A DNA stretch of 63,667 nt, filler included, from Choristocarpus tenellus KU-1152 (Eukaryota > Protista > Phaeophyceae): NCBI GenBank assembly GCA_964200185.2. It is 12 parts of 12 records of this genome, joined end to end, with 100 filler letters (N's around TTAATTAATTAA, not from the genome) between each part and the next. Parts side by side here need not be neighbours in the genome. Positions count along the whole stretch, not along the records: positions 13,154 to 17,198 come from CAXNAD020016505.1; positions 17,299 to 24,438 come from CAXNAD020006625.1; positions 24,539 to 27,616 come from CAXNAD020022481.1; 9 more parts are not named here. One strand, written 5' to 3'. The notes below the pieces were generated by a model. The model saw only the letters and a program-made list of their open reading frames with translations, had not been told where the DNA came from and made no database searches. This document shows, piece by piece, positions 13,512 through 26,973 of this stretch (positions are counted from its first letter, which is position 1; the number at the start of each line of letters is the position of its first letter). Both the position numbers and the translations under genes were made by a program.

Positions 13512-16449
13512 AAGGGTGGAACATAGGAGGGAAACAGGGTAGCATAACAGAGCATGAAAAAAGAACGGACAAGGTCATGGGGAAAGAGTTTGAGTGTGAT
13601 ACGTTAGCAGGGGCCAAAAGGGACCAAAATACTTAACAATTCTGAGAGTGTACCACTTGCTGTGTGTGCAGTAACATGCTTGAAAACATACTTTGGACCA
13701 GGTAAACACCAGACTGCACAGTACACCTCTGCAAATGTACCAAGTATAATGTAACAAGTACACATTGTACCTTCAGCGATGAACCCTAGAAATACAGAAA
13801 AGCACCAGGAGCGCAGAACTATGTCCCTCGTACAATACCAACATGACAACTATAGTACTCTCAACCTTGTACCATGCACTCCTTCCAGTGCCCTATAATA
13901 CGGTGAACTGACTACTCCACACCCCACAGTAGCATAACCAACTCAAACAAATCAAAACGCCACCCACCACATCATCAATGCCAACAAAAGGTAAGCCAAC
14001 AAATATATATATATATACTTGTCAGTACTGCACCCTGCAAACAAAACATAAATCACGACCCCAAAAACAACCAAACATGCCTCCACACCTGGAACTCTCG
14101 AATGAGGATGATCATGACCTCCCTTGTGTAGTAGTTGGCATAGGTAGCGTCCATGAGTGGAATCACAAACCCGATGGCCTTGAGGAAGGCCGCCAGCCCT
14201 TTACCACGGTGGGTACGAATGCCCTTCCACAAGGGGCGCAAAACACGATCAAAGCTCTCGATACCATACGGATGGGCTGCCTCTGCCAGGGACGACAGAG
14301 CCAGTGCCGTGATGGTGCGCACCTGAGACCAAAAAAAATGCAGAACAATGTTTGCAACAATATATTTTTGTGTTCCTACTTGTTACGTGCGATGTTTTCA
14401 ACATTTATCATCGAGTTGGGTTACGAATGCCCGTACGACGACACCTAACACCAGAAACAAAACAAAAAAAACAGCATCCAACTCGACCTTGACGATAACC
14501 CTAACCCTAACACTGAAGTACGAGAGAGGTCCATTCATCCCTAACCCTAACCCGAGTACCAGTTCAAGCACACCACTAACTTACCTCCACACCAACAGCA
14601 CAGTCGCTTACGCAATGCCCTCGTCCCTAAAATAGCCCTTCAAGGGCAACCACGACACTTAATCAATACACATCTCCAAACACCACCACATAAGCAGACA
14701 GACTTGCCTTCTGCTGGTCATCCACCAGGCCGTGCTCGACAATCTCAACCATCTGACGGAGATGCGGCAGAACCGCGCAACCCATCAAGATTGCTATCTG
14801 CCACACAGAGAGGTCAGGCAGGGTGCACAACACACACAACCACGCGAAGGCCCAAAGGTGTCAGTCCAGCACTGAGACTACAATAATGGACAGCTCAGGT
14901 GAGGGGAGATGATAAGCGAAGTATGTATGCTCGCTGGGAATCCTGCAAAAAGTTAAAAGGTCTACACACTACAGTAACAAAAATTCATATCGCTGCTGAA
15001 GCTTGACGGCGTCAAATGTTCATCTCCCCCCTCCCCCTCCCCCTCCCCCTCCCCCTCTCCTCCTCACCCCACCCCTCACAAACGCTCACACACCTGCATG
15101 ACAATCTTAATGCCAGTGTGTCGAGCCTGCCAAGACTTACGGCTCTGGCACACGGCCTTGAGGAAAGGTAGCAGCGCTGGGATGCCCAGGGCAGAGGCCA
15201 CAACAGCAAAGGCCCTTGCAGTAGTGTTTCTTACATACTCATCCAGGTTATCAATGTCTGGCCTCATGGTCGCAATCATGGTGGCCAGACCAGCGGCCTT
15301 CGCAAGGTTGCTAATGATCTCTCGACCTATCCAACAAACAAAACAGGGGGAGGGAGTAGATGGGAGGGGGAAAGAGAAGGTGAGAATGTGTGCCAACCGC
15401 CGACAAAGCCAATAGGTGGAGTCTGACCTATACTTCACACAATCTCTTCAATTTTCAAGCTATGCTACATGCTACACAAACCTGAATTACATCGCCCTGT
15501 ACCAATCACAAACACAGAGTGAGAACTCGGGAATAGCAAGCAAATCTAGTGTAGGTGCTCGTGTAAGTATGGGGCAGGTGGGCCTCCGAGTCGTCTCTTT
15601 TCCCCCGGTGCACTCACCCTCTACCCTAGCATAGTAGTCCTCATCAATGAGAAGAGGCTCAATAACAACCAGGATCTTGTGCACAAAAGGACGAACCAGA
15701 TCGTCCAGCTTGTAGAGGATGCGGTCAATCACCTGCATGTGTGTCATGTTACATACAAACAAAAAACACTCTAAAAAATGAGAAACTACATAAACAGCAA
15801 ATGAACAAAACATGCACGACGTCATTTTAACAGAACACAACAACACAGTCCACCATCTCTCTTCCCAGCTTTCAACCCCCCCTCCCTCCCCCCTCAAAAA
15901 CAAACAATCCAATACCAAATAAACCACCGCACAAAAACAAGCAAGGTCAAGGACAGGGATACTGCACAACACTAACACAGTACCACAACCATCTTGATAC
16001 ATGCAAGGGACGACATCTAAAATAGCTCAACAGTAGGGACTACAAAGTATCTATCCCCATCTCTATATAGGGGATACCTACAAGTACCTGTAACAGTACC
16101 ATACGCTATCAATATCGTAAGGCACAGCTTGCTCTTGCCTTAACAAGCAGGTGCCGTTCCTGATCTTCCAATGTGGGCGACATCAACAGTGGAAGGATCT
16201 GATTGAACAGTGCCCCAGCCCCAAACTCCCGCGCCTTGTCTGTAATCTGCCTCAGGGCTGTCTTTCGCTGAGGGGGTGTCCCATTCTTTATCTTTAGCAG
16301 CAGCCGCAGAATCTTGCGCTCCTTGGCCTCCTCTGGGTTAAGCTCATCCTCGTCTACTTCATCCATCAGCTTGCCAAAGTACTACACAAATAAAGAGGTG
16401 TTCACATCAGCAGAGGCGGGTTCAAGAGGCAGATTGGTATAAAAAGGAA

Positions 16450-16484
<35 letters not shown>

Positions 16485-17067
16485 GTGGGAGGAGGGCGGG
16501 GGACCAAAATTAGAAAAAGACTATAAATTTGTGACATTATTATTTTTTTATAAAAACAAANNNNNNNNNNGGGGGTGGGGGGGGGGGGGGGGGGGGGGGG
16601 GGGGCTGGGAGGGGGGTAAGAGGTGAAGTTTGTGCAAGTGAGTCGTGCACCAATATTACTATACGACTGAAAATTTCTGTACATGCTATATTTTTAACAC
16701 AACCAAATATTCAAATAAATACACACAATATCATACAAAATCAAGATGCATGTATACCATCTGCTGCATCCATGACATCAGACTTGAGGCAAATAAAGCC
16801 ACTTATTAACATCAACAACAAGCACCATTACCACTACTATCCCCTCAAGGCAAATGAATAACACACAAACTTGCCTGGTAATCCTCAGGCTTGATGAAAG
16901 GAAGCGCGCTTTCAGTGGGTGTGGCTGGAATACCATACTCTTCCCTGGCAGGGGTCTGCATCATCTTGAACCCAGGCGTAGAAGGCAGAGGCGTTGGGGT
17001 GGCCAGTAGCCGGCGGGATGGGGTTCGAATGGGGTTGTAGCCCACAGGGGCATCCAGGATACGGTAA
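13257..17067 (-). CDS. SF3B1: Splicing factor 3B subunit 1, internal part. Exons 17067-16875, 16381-16139, 15732-15618, 15326-15094, 14797-14708, 14322-14089, 13418-13257
   Basis: Spliced translation gives the conserved SF3B1 sequence: [114 protein letters not shown]. Confidence 0.98.
13475..13509. repeat. (AC)n microsatellite in an SF3B1 intron
   Basis: Perfect dinucleotide run. Confidence 0.95.
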
Positions 17068-18443
17068 CTGCAAGGGATTCAGGATGGCACAAGCTTTATT
17101 AAAAGGGTAGGGGGGGGGGGGGGAATAGTTGTTAATAACACCAACAAAAAAAATTAGAGAATTTTTCCCCTAATTCCCAAAGTAATATTATAACATAANN
17201 NNNNNNNNNNNNNNNNNNNNNNNNNNNNNNNNNNNNNNNNNNTTAATTAATTAANNNNNNNNNNNNNNNNNNNNNNNNNNNNNNNNNNNNNNNNNNNNAT
17301 AAGACAATGCGTGGAAACCACTAATCAGTTACATCAGCACTATCAAATATTGTACTACTGTCGTCCTTATCTATTTATTTTTTGCTTATACATGATTTCT
17401 GGAGTAGTATTGGTGGTAAGATATATTGTACTGTTGCAATTAAGTAGGGGAGAAAATCGTCATGTCCATGAATAATTGACTCTACATCATCAAGAACATA
17501 TCCTACAAGGATGACAAATTGCAGTTTCGGCAATGGAAGACATCTTCACTCAGTCAATCATCGAACCACAACTTCAACGTTCTTCCCCAAACATTCGACC
17601 CAATTATTCCACCTTTTCACGATACCACGAGAAGGTATGTTCGTTAGTCCATCTGTTTAGGACCGTATCACCATTGGGCATCCCATTCAAACCATAACAC
17701 CGACCCTTCAACTTCAACGTTGCCTTATCCTCCCACTCTATCCATACGTATGCATTGACCTGTGACTTTGTGGTGGCGACGACGACATCACGAACCTATT
17801 TCTATGCATTGAAGTTACCCATCTCGCATCTCACATCTCACCTATCTCCTTATTATGGTTTCCGTTTTTTTATTGATATTAAAAGAATATTCGGAAGTGG
17901 TTGATAATGACTCTCAACTACGCTTAATGTAAGGATCACTAGATCAATCTAAGAATTCTGAGTATAGTTCCTAGAAACGACTCTAATCTCCACATATCTC
18001 CATTAACCCACCACAGATGTCATATCCTGTCTCGGACTTTTTCTGATAACAAATTTCTATTTTGTAACACAACACATAAGTGGGTAGAAGTAGTTGAGGG
18101 TTTGACCTTAAGGGATGTTTCTCCGATGGACAAATGTAGCAGGATTGTCCTTATGTTCAGGCGTACATCGTATTTCTAGACCAAAGTTGACCCCGAAAAC
18201 CTCCACATGTCAAGAGATACTGCCCAACTACTATCAGATGGGACGGTCGATACAGGTGGCCTAGGGCAGAGGATTCCTCTCCGCAGGCAAGGTTTGGAAT
18301 GTTCAGAGGGAGTAGTTAAGCCTACATCTGCCTCTCCTACGAGTGCGCAAGAGACAGTGCCTGCTGTGGAGGGTAAGATGACATGACTGTATGTCGATGA
18401 GTACCCAAAGGCGGGTGTAGCCACGGTAAACGCAGGCCTGCCC

Positions 18444-20580
18444 ATGGATCAGCCTTCGCAACTTTCACGTTCAGGTGGCCCTGTCATGCCCATAACCCCC
18501 TTTCCTCGTACAGGACAGATTTCAGGCAATCCTAGGGTTCCTGCGGCATCCACTTCCAAAGTGTCCGTCCAGTTGGTCGGTGGTGGGAAAGAAGCTGGAG
18601 AAGGAGTCGGTGTAGACAGACCTCTTTCTGTCGTGGGAAGGGAGGGCTTGAGTCGTTCAGATGTTGGTAAACAGGACTCGGATATCTCTGTGGGGGGTGA
18701 CGGAGTTTGGAAGAGGCCACGTACAATGTCCATTGGGGATGAGGGAAGAGAAGATGCTGTTCCGACAAATAGTGCAGGCGAGAAGACTGGTGGTGTGATG
18801 AAACAGAAAACTCGAAAAGGAAAGAGTGAGAGGGCAGACACAAAACCCTACATAATGAGGCCAGTGAGGGCTCTCAGAAAACTCCTGCTGGAAAGGGGAC
18901 AAAGAGGTTTCTCCAGGAACAGTGACAGAGAGGAGATGGCATCGGTGTTAAAATACTTGGACAGCTTCCAAAGTGATGAGGCTATGGTTGAGAAAGGTGA
19001 GCGAACCTGTAACAATATTTAAAAGCAGAAACGGGGTGTGTTGGACAAAGTCTGATATGAAATATCAGCTAATTGATGCTTTCTCGCCTTTGGCATGGCT
19101 TCATGTCGTTCGGTTGTTACAGTGGAGTATTTTTTGTTGAAAAATTTACTCCATATGATAGTATGTCCAATATCTGTATACACGTACTTTCTAAAACAAT
19201 CCCATCCCTACTATTTACTACTATGAGTGTGAGCTGCCCATTTCTAGTTTTATTCTCACCTCTTCAATCACTGGAATTGGTACGGATTGAAATAGATTGA
19301 CATCAAGGTTGTTGCGGATGTATTGCATGTGTAGTTTTGCACAGTGTAGTGCGAAAAACAATGTATGTGATTGCTGGCGCAGCCTAGGTTGCTTTGGTAA
19401 AAGCATGTAATGAGCCAAACTAGTAGGGAGGTTTGCAGGTTTGGACCCTTTTGCATCCTAAGCCATCTTTCTTGCCCTGTACAATACACTCTATTTCATT
19501 CCTATTTGTACACAGTAGTGTACGCAACTTGATATTCCCCCTTTTTCACACATAAAGTGACACCACAACTCAAGCAGAGATTGTTTTCTGCAATTGTACA
19601 AAATACAATTATTTTCGCCTTTTTTCGAATCCTTAAAATACAACCTTGCCTACCTCTGAGTTGGCTTGACTCAATGTACTACGAGTAATACACGATTTGG
19701 GCTGTTAATAATGTATACATTTTTACTGCTGATGCATTTTGCTTATACCATGTTCATGGCAGTGGATGAGTATGGCAAAACTATCGCCATAAAATATACG
19801 CAATTTGACACATGTGCCCTAGACGTAACTATTTCTTTGTAACTTCTAATAGAACCCTCCTTTCTCTACGCTTCCTCAGCCAAATCAAGAGATAACATGC
19901 ACATGTGGCTGTGCTTACAGAAAACACCAGACCTACAACATTTTTGCGACCCAAAGGTTGAGCCTGGAATAGGGTTTGGTATCTCAGGGACCACATAATT
20001 GTCAAGTTCAAACAACGATGGATCAGTGTCTTCACAGAAGAGGAAGAGGCCAATCCACTGTTGTTCCGGGCAGGGGGTCATACTGGAAAAGGCGATGGGG
20101 TCTATGCCATCCATGATGAAGAAGGATAGGGAAGTATCAATAACCCCATCAACGGAGGTTGACTATCAGGAAGTATCAATTGGGCCCTCGATGGAGGTCG
20201 ACAATAGAGATTTATCGAAAGAGGCCTCATCAATGGAGATTAACCATGGGCACGTGTCAGAAGCCTGCTCGAAGGGGGTCGAAGATGCCAGAGCTAAGAC
20301 TCTGCGCTCAAACCACCAGAAGTTGGTGGTAGAGACCCAGGCTCTTCGCTCAAGTCATTTGAAGTCAGTGGCAGAGGCCCAGGCTTTGCGCTCAAGTCAC
20401 CTGAAGACAATGGCAGAGACATCAGCACTGGATTTGAAGAAGAGATTTGATGCCACCCAATATTTCATCAAGATGCGCATGCAGCTGAAAGAGGAGGAGG
20501 CAAAAGATGATCCGGACACAGAGATCATGGAAGTATTGCAGCAGGCAATGGTATTGGCTAAGGCTGATATTAAGTTATGA
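18444..20580 (+). pseudogene. Decayed spliced gene, possibly a transposon accessory gene, with a SAP-like motif and internal peptide repeats
   Basis: ORF 18444-18996 ends at a G|GTGAGC donor and contains VRALRKLLLERGQRG...REEMASVL. The acceptor ending at 19879 leads in phase into ORF 19999-20580 across one in-frame TAA (19996-19998). Confidence 0.45.
19412..19672. mobile_element. MITE family C
   Basis: GAGCCAAAC / TTGGCTTGACTC ends, AAT on both flanks. Confidence 0.75.
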
Positions 20581-20700
20581 GTGCATTGTTGGTGGTATTG
20601 TTGGGATAAAGAGCTCTGGGTCGTCATTACCCAAATGGTTATGGTAGGATATCATCACCAAACCAGTAACTTCTGTGTTCAGCGTTTTTATATCTCTCTA

Positions 20701-20880
20701 GACCCAAAGTATCTGGGGGGAGGAGGGGGGTCTACATCAGGGTGTCCATTTGGGGCATAACCAGGAAAAGAGTACTTAAATTATCCATCCGACGTATGCA
20801 ACCAAATTACCCAAAAACCTCGACATGAAAAAATTGACCCCGAATGGACAGTCGCCACCCCCCCCCAGACACTTTGAGCC
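20701..20880. mobile_element. MITE family A (Sola2-like), full copy
   Basis: GACCCAAAGTATCTGGGGGG / CCCCCAGACACTTTGAGCC with 4-bp TSD TCTA. Confidence 0.85.
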
Positions 20881-23300
20881 TCTACACCCCCCTACTTATG
20901 ATGTAAAGGAATGCAATGTATGAGAGAGATCAGATTTTGGTGAGAAGAGCATTTGTCTTAGGTAGGTGTTTCAAGAGTTTGTTCTGTGTGGTCGCGTTAT
21001 GGCTGGTTGTAGCTGTTTCATTGCAAAAAGATTCCTAGTGCTGTAGTTTGTGTGTCGTTTTTGGGAGGGGCGGATATTGGGGGTGCAACTTCTATAAGCT
21101 TCAGTTAACACCAATCGGTTGTTACAAGATGTGCTGTAGTTGGTTGTGGCTCATGCTTAGTACATTTGTCTGTTAAAAGGTAAGCATATCTATGACTTGG
21201 ATACATTGGTATGAGGAATGTATGAACCTGATCCTATATAATGAGCTCGAGTTACTCTATGAATTCGATCCATCACCTGAGTATAACAAAGGAACAAGCT
21301 AAGAAGAGGCAAGATGGGAGAGGGAGAAGAAAGGTTGAGAGGGAAACAGCAAAGAAGCAATTTATACTGACAAATGATACAACGCAATAGTTGGTGACCT
21401 TGATACAATTTAATAATGTGCAAGAAGAAGTTACGGTGTGTGTGTGATGGATATCAATAAATGACAACGAAATACATCTATTGCATGTTTTTCAGAAGGT
21501 TTAGCAGATGAAGATGAATTCTACGCTTCATTCCTTCTAGAAGCGCTTTCAATTTCCGCTTTATACTTTCCTATTCCGACTGCTAATCTCCCACTCAAAT
21601 CTTGACATACATTGTGGATGGCCATGAGTGTTTTCTCGTCAAGAATTATGGCAAGTTTTCTTGCAAAACGCTTCGCAAACTTACGATGATGGGACATGTA
21701 GCTCCAATCCACAAGCCTGTAGGGTGTAGACGAGACTTATAGGCACCATCAAGGAAACGTCAAATATGCTGAATCTCGAACTTCGATTTTTCGCTTTATT
21801 GCTTTCATTGGGGTATAAATAGGACTGAACCATGTGTATGTCCCCATAACGACTAAATGATAAATACTCAATAAGTACCATACATACAATCTATGACTTC
21901 AAGGTCATAATGGTGTTTATGAAACCATCATTAAGAGACATCGTCTGTGACAGTCTGAGGTACATGAAGCGGTCCACCATGGAAGAAGTGTATTACACAT
22001 CCTGTATCACTCTCTTCGGCTCAATCCCCCACATCCTGCACATCTCCTCCAAGCGCTGCTGACTTCAATTAAGCACCAATAGATGTCTGAGCTGATTTCA
22101 TGGCATCTTTTACCCCCCCTCCGTCAAATGCCGTACCATTCACACATTCAAAATAATGGAGATCAATGCAGTGGTGCATCACAGTATGGCGGTCTTCTTC
22201 CAGAAAGCGACCCATCTTAACCATTGATAGCTCGCTGTCTTCTGTCTTCAAGACAAATTCTGCGTCTTCATTTGACCCTTCAAACTTCCTCCAAGCAGAC
22301 AGGTCCATGTCGTAGTTGTGTAGGTACCCACTCTCATCATGTTCATATTCAGATCCTAAAGATGTTCATGATGCTTGTGTGATTGTTTGTGCACCCTGTG
22401 TAGTTCATTCTCTCCTATAGTGAGTGGTACCAGTAGCTTTGTCTTCTGGGGTTGTCCCGTCATAACGTTTGATGTAGACATCGGATTAAAACAATAAAAG
22501 CATATTCGTGATGCCCGTCACAAGGCCCTCCAGAGTACGGGCTTAGTTATTATCTCGCCTTTTAATATATTATTGAAGAAAGAGAGCTCATATTGGGGTT
22601 CGAACCCTAAATTGTAGGCCACCAAGCAACAGATGCACTATTCCTAGATTATAGGGTATAGACGGGAAAAAGCCTCCCTACCCTTTCTTCCTCTATGTTC
22701 GTGCACCCACTCTTTGACCTCCGCAAGGATGTCCTCGTCGACGCCCAGAACGAAACGCCTCTCGTAGCGCCGACCTGACCATCGCATATCCTGCTGCCAT
22801 CTCGAGCGCCGTTTGACAGTCTTTCCCGTAGTTCATACACAGGTACAGGATTGGCGGTGTTAGAGCCGTCACTATCACATTTCCTCGTTGAGCGCCGGAA
22901 ATGGGCGTCGTCCGTGTTTCCTGGGCGGGTGATATTTTATCATCAAGGCGCAAGGGCGAGGGAGGACAGGCTTGAGTTGATTGAAAATTGTATTGATTTA
23001 TCGAATGAATTCAGGCTGGGAGAAAGCCGTAATCAACTTTATACATCCAATCTTAAGTCCAGGAACAAGAGTGAATGTACGGCATCTTGCAAGAAGTGGG
23101 AGAGGCCAAACCATCGGTGTGCAAATAGTCTCAATCTCGCCTCCTCTTCTTCCCTGGCAAAGTCCGCCGGTTCTTCTCTTGCCTGCACCTTGCTTCTACT
23201 TTCCAACCGCAAGATCCCCAAAGATCAATATTTCGGGAAGTCGTTGATTCCCCATGTGACAAATATATCTACTTCAAGGAGGCCGCGCAGTACTAACTTG

Positions 23301-23559
23301 GAGCCAAACCAACCGAGAGGTAATCAGGATTGTATTTTAAGGATCCCTAGAAAGGGCAAAAAGACGCCATTTCGAACATTTGCAGAGAGAGCCTTTGATG
23401 AATTGTGGCGTCACATTGTGTGTGGAAAGGGGGGATATCAATTTTGCGTATACTATTGTGCACATAAAACATTGAAATAGAGTATATTGCTTAGGGTAAG
23501 AAAGGTGACTTTGAATGCAAAAGCGTCCAAACCTGCCTACTTCTCGTTTGGTTTAGCTA
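23301..23559. mobile_element. MITE family C (inverted relative to 23924-24185)
   Basis: Reverse-complement similarity to the other family C copies; GAGCCAAACCAA end. Confidence 0.7.
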
Positions 23560-23923
23560 TTAGGGTTGGGAGTGTTTTGTTGACATGCAATCAAATCCAA
23601 GAGGAGCTTGTGGAACAAATAATGATGAACTTCAAATAAACGTCCACTGACTGACCCCTGAATTAATATAATGGAAAAATATGAGCTCAGAAACGTCTGA
23701 ACGATTCCTACTAATATCATCATAGTAGCCGCTGTTTCTTTTACTAGAGTTTTGGGTGGACTGAGGCATATCATCTGACAAGAGGGTCCAGGCGTGTTTT
23801 CTGGGTTATTTTTCAACTTCGTGAGTTTGATGTAATTCTAGAAAGTTTGTAAGTGAGCAAATATCAATATCCTTCATTTGGACACACTGTCCTTATTCAT
23901 CTCCTTCCTTCGGTGTTTGCTTA

Positions 23924-24185
23924 GAGCCAAACCAATTAAGAGGTAGGCAAGTTTGGACCCTTTTGCATTCCAAGCCATTGTTCTCACCCTGTGCAATACA
24001 CCCTATTATTTCATTGCTTTTATGTGTATAACAGTGTATGCAAAATCGGCATTCCCCCTTTCCACACACAAAGTGATACCACAATTCAGTAAATGCTCTT
24101 TCTGCAACTCTAAAAACGGTATATTTTCGCCCATTCCCGGGACTCTTGAAATGCAACCTTGCCTACCTCTCAGTTGGCTTGATTC
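23924..24185. mobile_element. MITE family C
   Basis: GAGCCAAACCAA / TTGGCTTGATTC ends, TTA on both flanks. Confidence 0.75.
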
Positions 24186-24621
24186 TTATTAACAATGTTC
24201 GAGTGTGAGCTCTGTGTGTGTTCGTTTTAAGGAGTATCATGGCACACAAGCTCGCCCAGAATGAAATTTTGTTCTCAATTCATTCAGTTAGTGCGACGGA
24301 GTTTGACAGGAGACGACAGGGAGGAGCACAAAAGAGCCTGAGCCTGAGCCTGAGCCTGAGCCACAGATTCTGCCTATGGACCTAGAGCAGTCGTCACAAC
24401 ACTTGTCCCTGAAGGGGGCATGCCCATCGATTAAAGACNNNNNNNNNNNNNNNNNNNNNNNNNNNNNNNNNNNNNNNNNNNNTTAATTAATTAANNNNNN
24501 NNNNNNNNNNNNNNNNNNNNNNNNNNNNNNNNNNNNNNGCGTCGAAGGTGGGCTTGGTTGTGGAGGATCATCCCCTGCTTATAATATACAAGACGAGGGG
24601 GGGGGGGGGTGCCCTCTCGCA

Positions 24622-25298
24622 GGCACTGATAACCATCTCAGATTTTGTCAGGACATGATTCTTCTCGCGCACAACGATGGGACAGAGTTCACATGCAACA
24701 AGCGAGTCACCGTCGACGACATCTTTGACCACGGGAGTAATGCATCTCCTCCAGTACTCCAAACCATGTGTGACGTCGAGTACCAAGGTGCTTCAACGGA
24801 CATCTCCATAAGAACTTTCCAAATCCTCGTTTACAGGTTCGTTAATAACGTCACACACACCCTTCTTCACGGGAGCAGCGACTTTTTTTGTATAGGTGTA
24901 GTACATCGTCAAACAGTAACACAACAAGCTGGGTGACGGTTCAGGGGCGTCAAACCATACCACGAGTGTGTTTCCCTGAATCAGTATGTTAAGCGTCACA
25001 CCGCATCAAGAGTGTGTTGCCCTGTATCGGTACGTTACTCATACATTGCGATATGATGAACCCGTGCGCAATACAATCTACTCCTCAGGATAATTGACGA
25101 ACTGCCCTCCTATGATAGGTACACGAATGCTGGGGACACCGTCGTCTTCTTCAGTGCAGAGAAGCACAACGTGGTGGAGGCGGCCCTTGAACAGAGCAGG
25201 TGGGTGGAGGTGTTCGTGTCCAACGCGGCGTCAAGGACGAGGTGAAAGAGAAGATGGAGACTTCCTTCGTTCAAGCCTACAAGGACGGCAAGCGTAAG
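24622..25298 (+). CDS. Two internal exons (24622-24836, 25089-25298) of an unknown gene; the second has a stop or frameshift near 25225-25244
   Basis: CGCAG and CTCAG acceptors, and a phase-compatible AG|GT...AG|G join giving FQILVYR-IIDELPSYD. AAG|GTAAGA donor at 25299. Confidence 0.45.
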
Positions 25299-26241
25299 GT
25301 AAGAAGGGTGTGCTGGCTTTTTTTCCATTGCTTTCCAACTCGTTGTCTGTCTTGGTTCCCTATTGATAGGTCTCGGGCATGCGATTGTTGTAGTGATGTT
25401 TCCTTGTCGATGTTTACATGTTGCTAACACGGTGCACGCGGTTACCCTCACCACAAACGGAAATCGCGAGACCCCAAGACTTTGTGTGTGAGCGTCGGTA
25501 CGTCATAATGTCCTTCCCCACACGAAAAAACAAACATGCTGCGGTACACCACAAGATCTTTAACCAACGCCGGAATAACCCCTACGTACATGACGAAACT
25601 TTATCGCATGGAAAACACTTCAATGTCATATGGTTGGGCTGTCACATGTACGCAAGTGATGTTGCAGGTATCCACGTCTCTCGTTCAAGAACGTGTGATA
25701 GGCCCTTCCTGCCTGCCGGAAGCCTTGGGGCAGACCCTCGTCCAAAACGGAGACGCAGCGATGTTTTGCTGAGGCCGTCAATCCTCAGGGAAAGGCAATG
25801 GGACGCAATCAGGTGACCGTTTTCGTTGCGAAGACGGTGGCGACGGAATTCGGCTACCAGATCGAGGTGAATGTGGTATAGAATGCACTTCGTTACATAT
25901 TTTGTGAAGAACGAACGGCAGAGTCAAGCTCTTGGCACGCAGAATAAACGTTTTTTTTATACCCAAGTCTGAACCTATCTAATGCGGCACCCAAATACGC
26001 CACGTAGAAAACTATGGGCCTTGTGGGTAAGTATTGGATCCGTCGTGTGTTCAAAGTTTGCCACAATAAGGTTGCCGTTTTTGCACCACCTTCAGACGAG
26101 ATTACCTCCAAATCATGAACATTGTGAATGACCGAACTCTGCCCCCCCCCCCAACACCCCTCCACCACCCCCAACCCCACCGCCGTCTTTGTCTTCCGCA
26201 TTGCTCAGCCGCATGCAAGCTCATCCTCGAATCCCGCAGAT

Positions 26242-26973
26242 ATGGCCTTATTCCCGCTTGAAGGGATTGACTACAAAGTCGGCGGAAATGACCTCCCTGC
26301 GTGGGGTGATCTCGAAGTGTGCAACTCTCGATCAGAGGCCTTCCGTTCGATCTCTCTGGAAGGTCAAGAAGAACAGTGCATTCGGCTTCTTCATGTGGCT
26401 AACAACAAACAGCTCAAGCGCATACTTTCACCTGGAATGGAGGTGTGTGGGCCACGCGCAGAGCTCTACTTGCACGTGGCAGCCACTTACCCTCTCTACT
26501 ACATGCGTTGGACCGAGAAGGCAGACAACGCCAACATTGAATTCACGTCAGAAGTTCCGCAGAGCGGAAGCCGTCACCAGGTCCTCCTCCCCTTCTCCCA
26601 GGTTGGCCCCAGGCAGATGTTCGTCACGCCCGTAGTCGGGAGGGTGTGCAAACCCCGGGCAAAGAATGACACGAGATCACCATTCAACGTGCTCCCGGGT
26701 CTTACGGCAGTGCGTTCTCGTGGGTTCGAAGTGCTGGATTCGGACTCGGACTTGACACCAATGACCACTAGAAAGCGCAAGTGTCCCTCTTCCCGCACGG
26801 GTGGAAAGGGGAAAGGTCGCGTGGTATGGAAGGGCGCAGGTGATTCTGCCATGGAAGACGACCCGGAGTATGTCAGCGACGCGGAGGAGGACGAGGAGGA
26901 GGACGAGGAGGAAGAAGAGGATGATGAAGAGGATGATAGAGAGGAGGATGAAGGGGATGACGAAGAGGAGTAA
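26242..26973 (+). CDS. Intronless orphan ORF (243 aa) with a basic NLS-like motif and a long D/E tail
   Basis: Uninterrupted GC-rich ORF containing TRKRK and ending in EDDPEYVSDAEEDEEEDEEEEEDDEE...*. Confidence 0.6.
   Translation: MALFPLEGIDYKVGGNDLPAWGDLEVCNSRSEAFRSISLEGQEEQCIRLLHVANNKQLKRILSPGMEVCGPRAELYLHVAATYPLYYMRWTEKADNANIEFTSEVPQSGSRHQVLLPFSQVGPRQMFVTPVVGRVCKPRAKNDTRSPFNVLPGLTAVRSRGFEVLDSDSDLTPMTTRKRKCPSSRTGGKGKGRVVWKGAGDSAMEDDPEYVSDAEEDEEEDEEEEEDDEEDDREEDEGDDEEE

Noticed and set aside
22649-23480. Overlapping ORFs including a 209-aa plus-strand frame and a weak ankyrin-like TALEMAA
   Set aside because: No coherent domain or splice model, and the long frame runs into a MITE.
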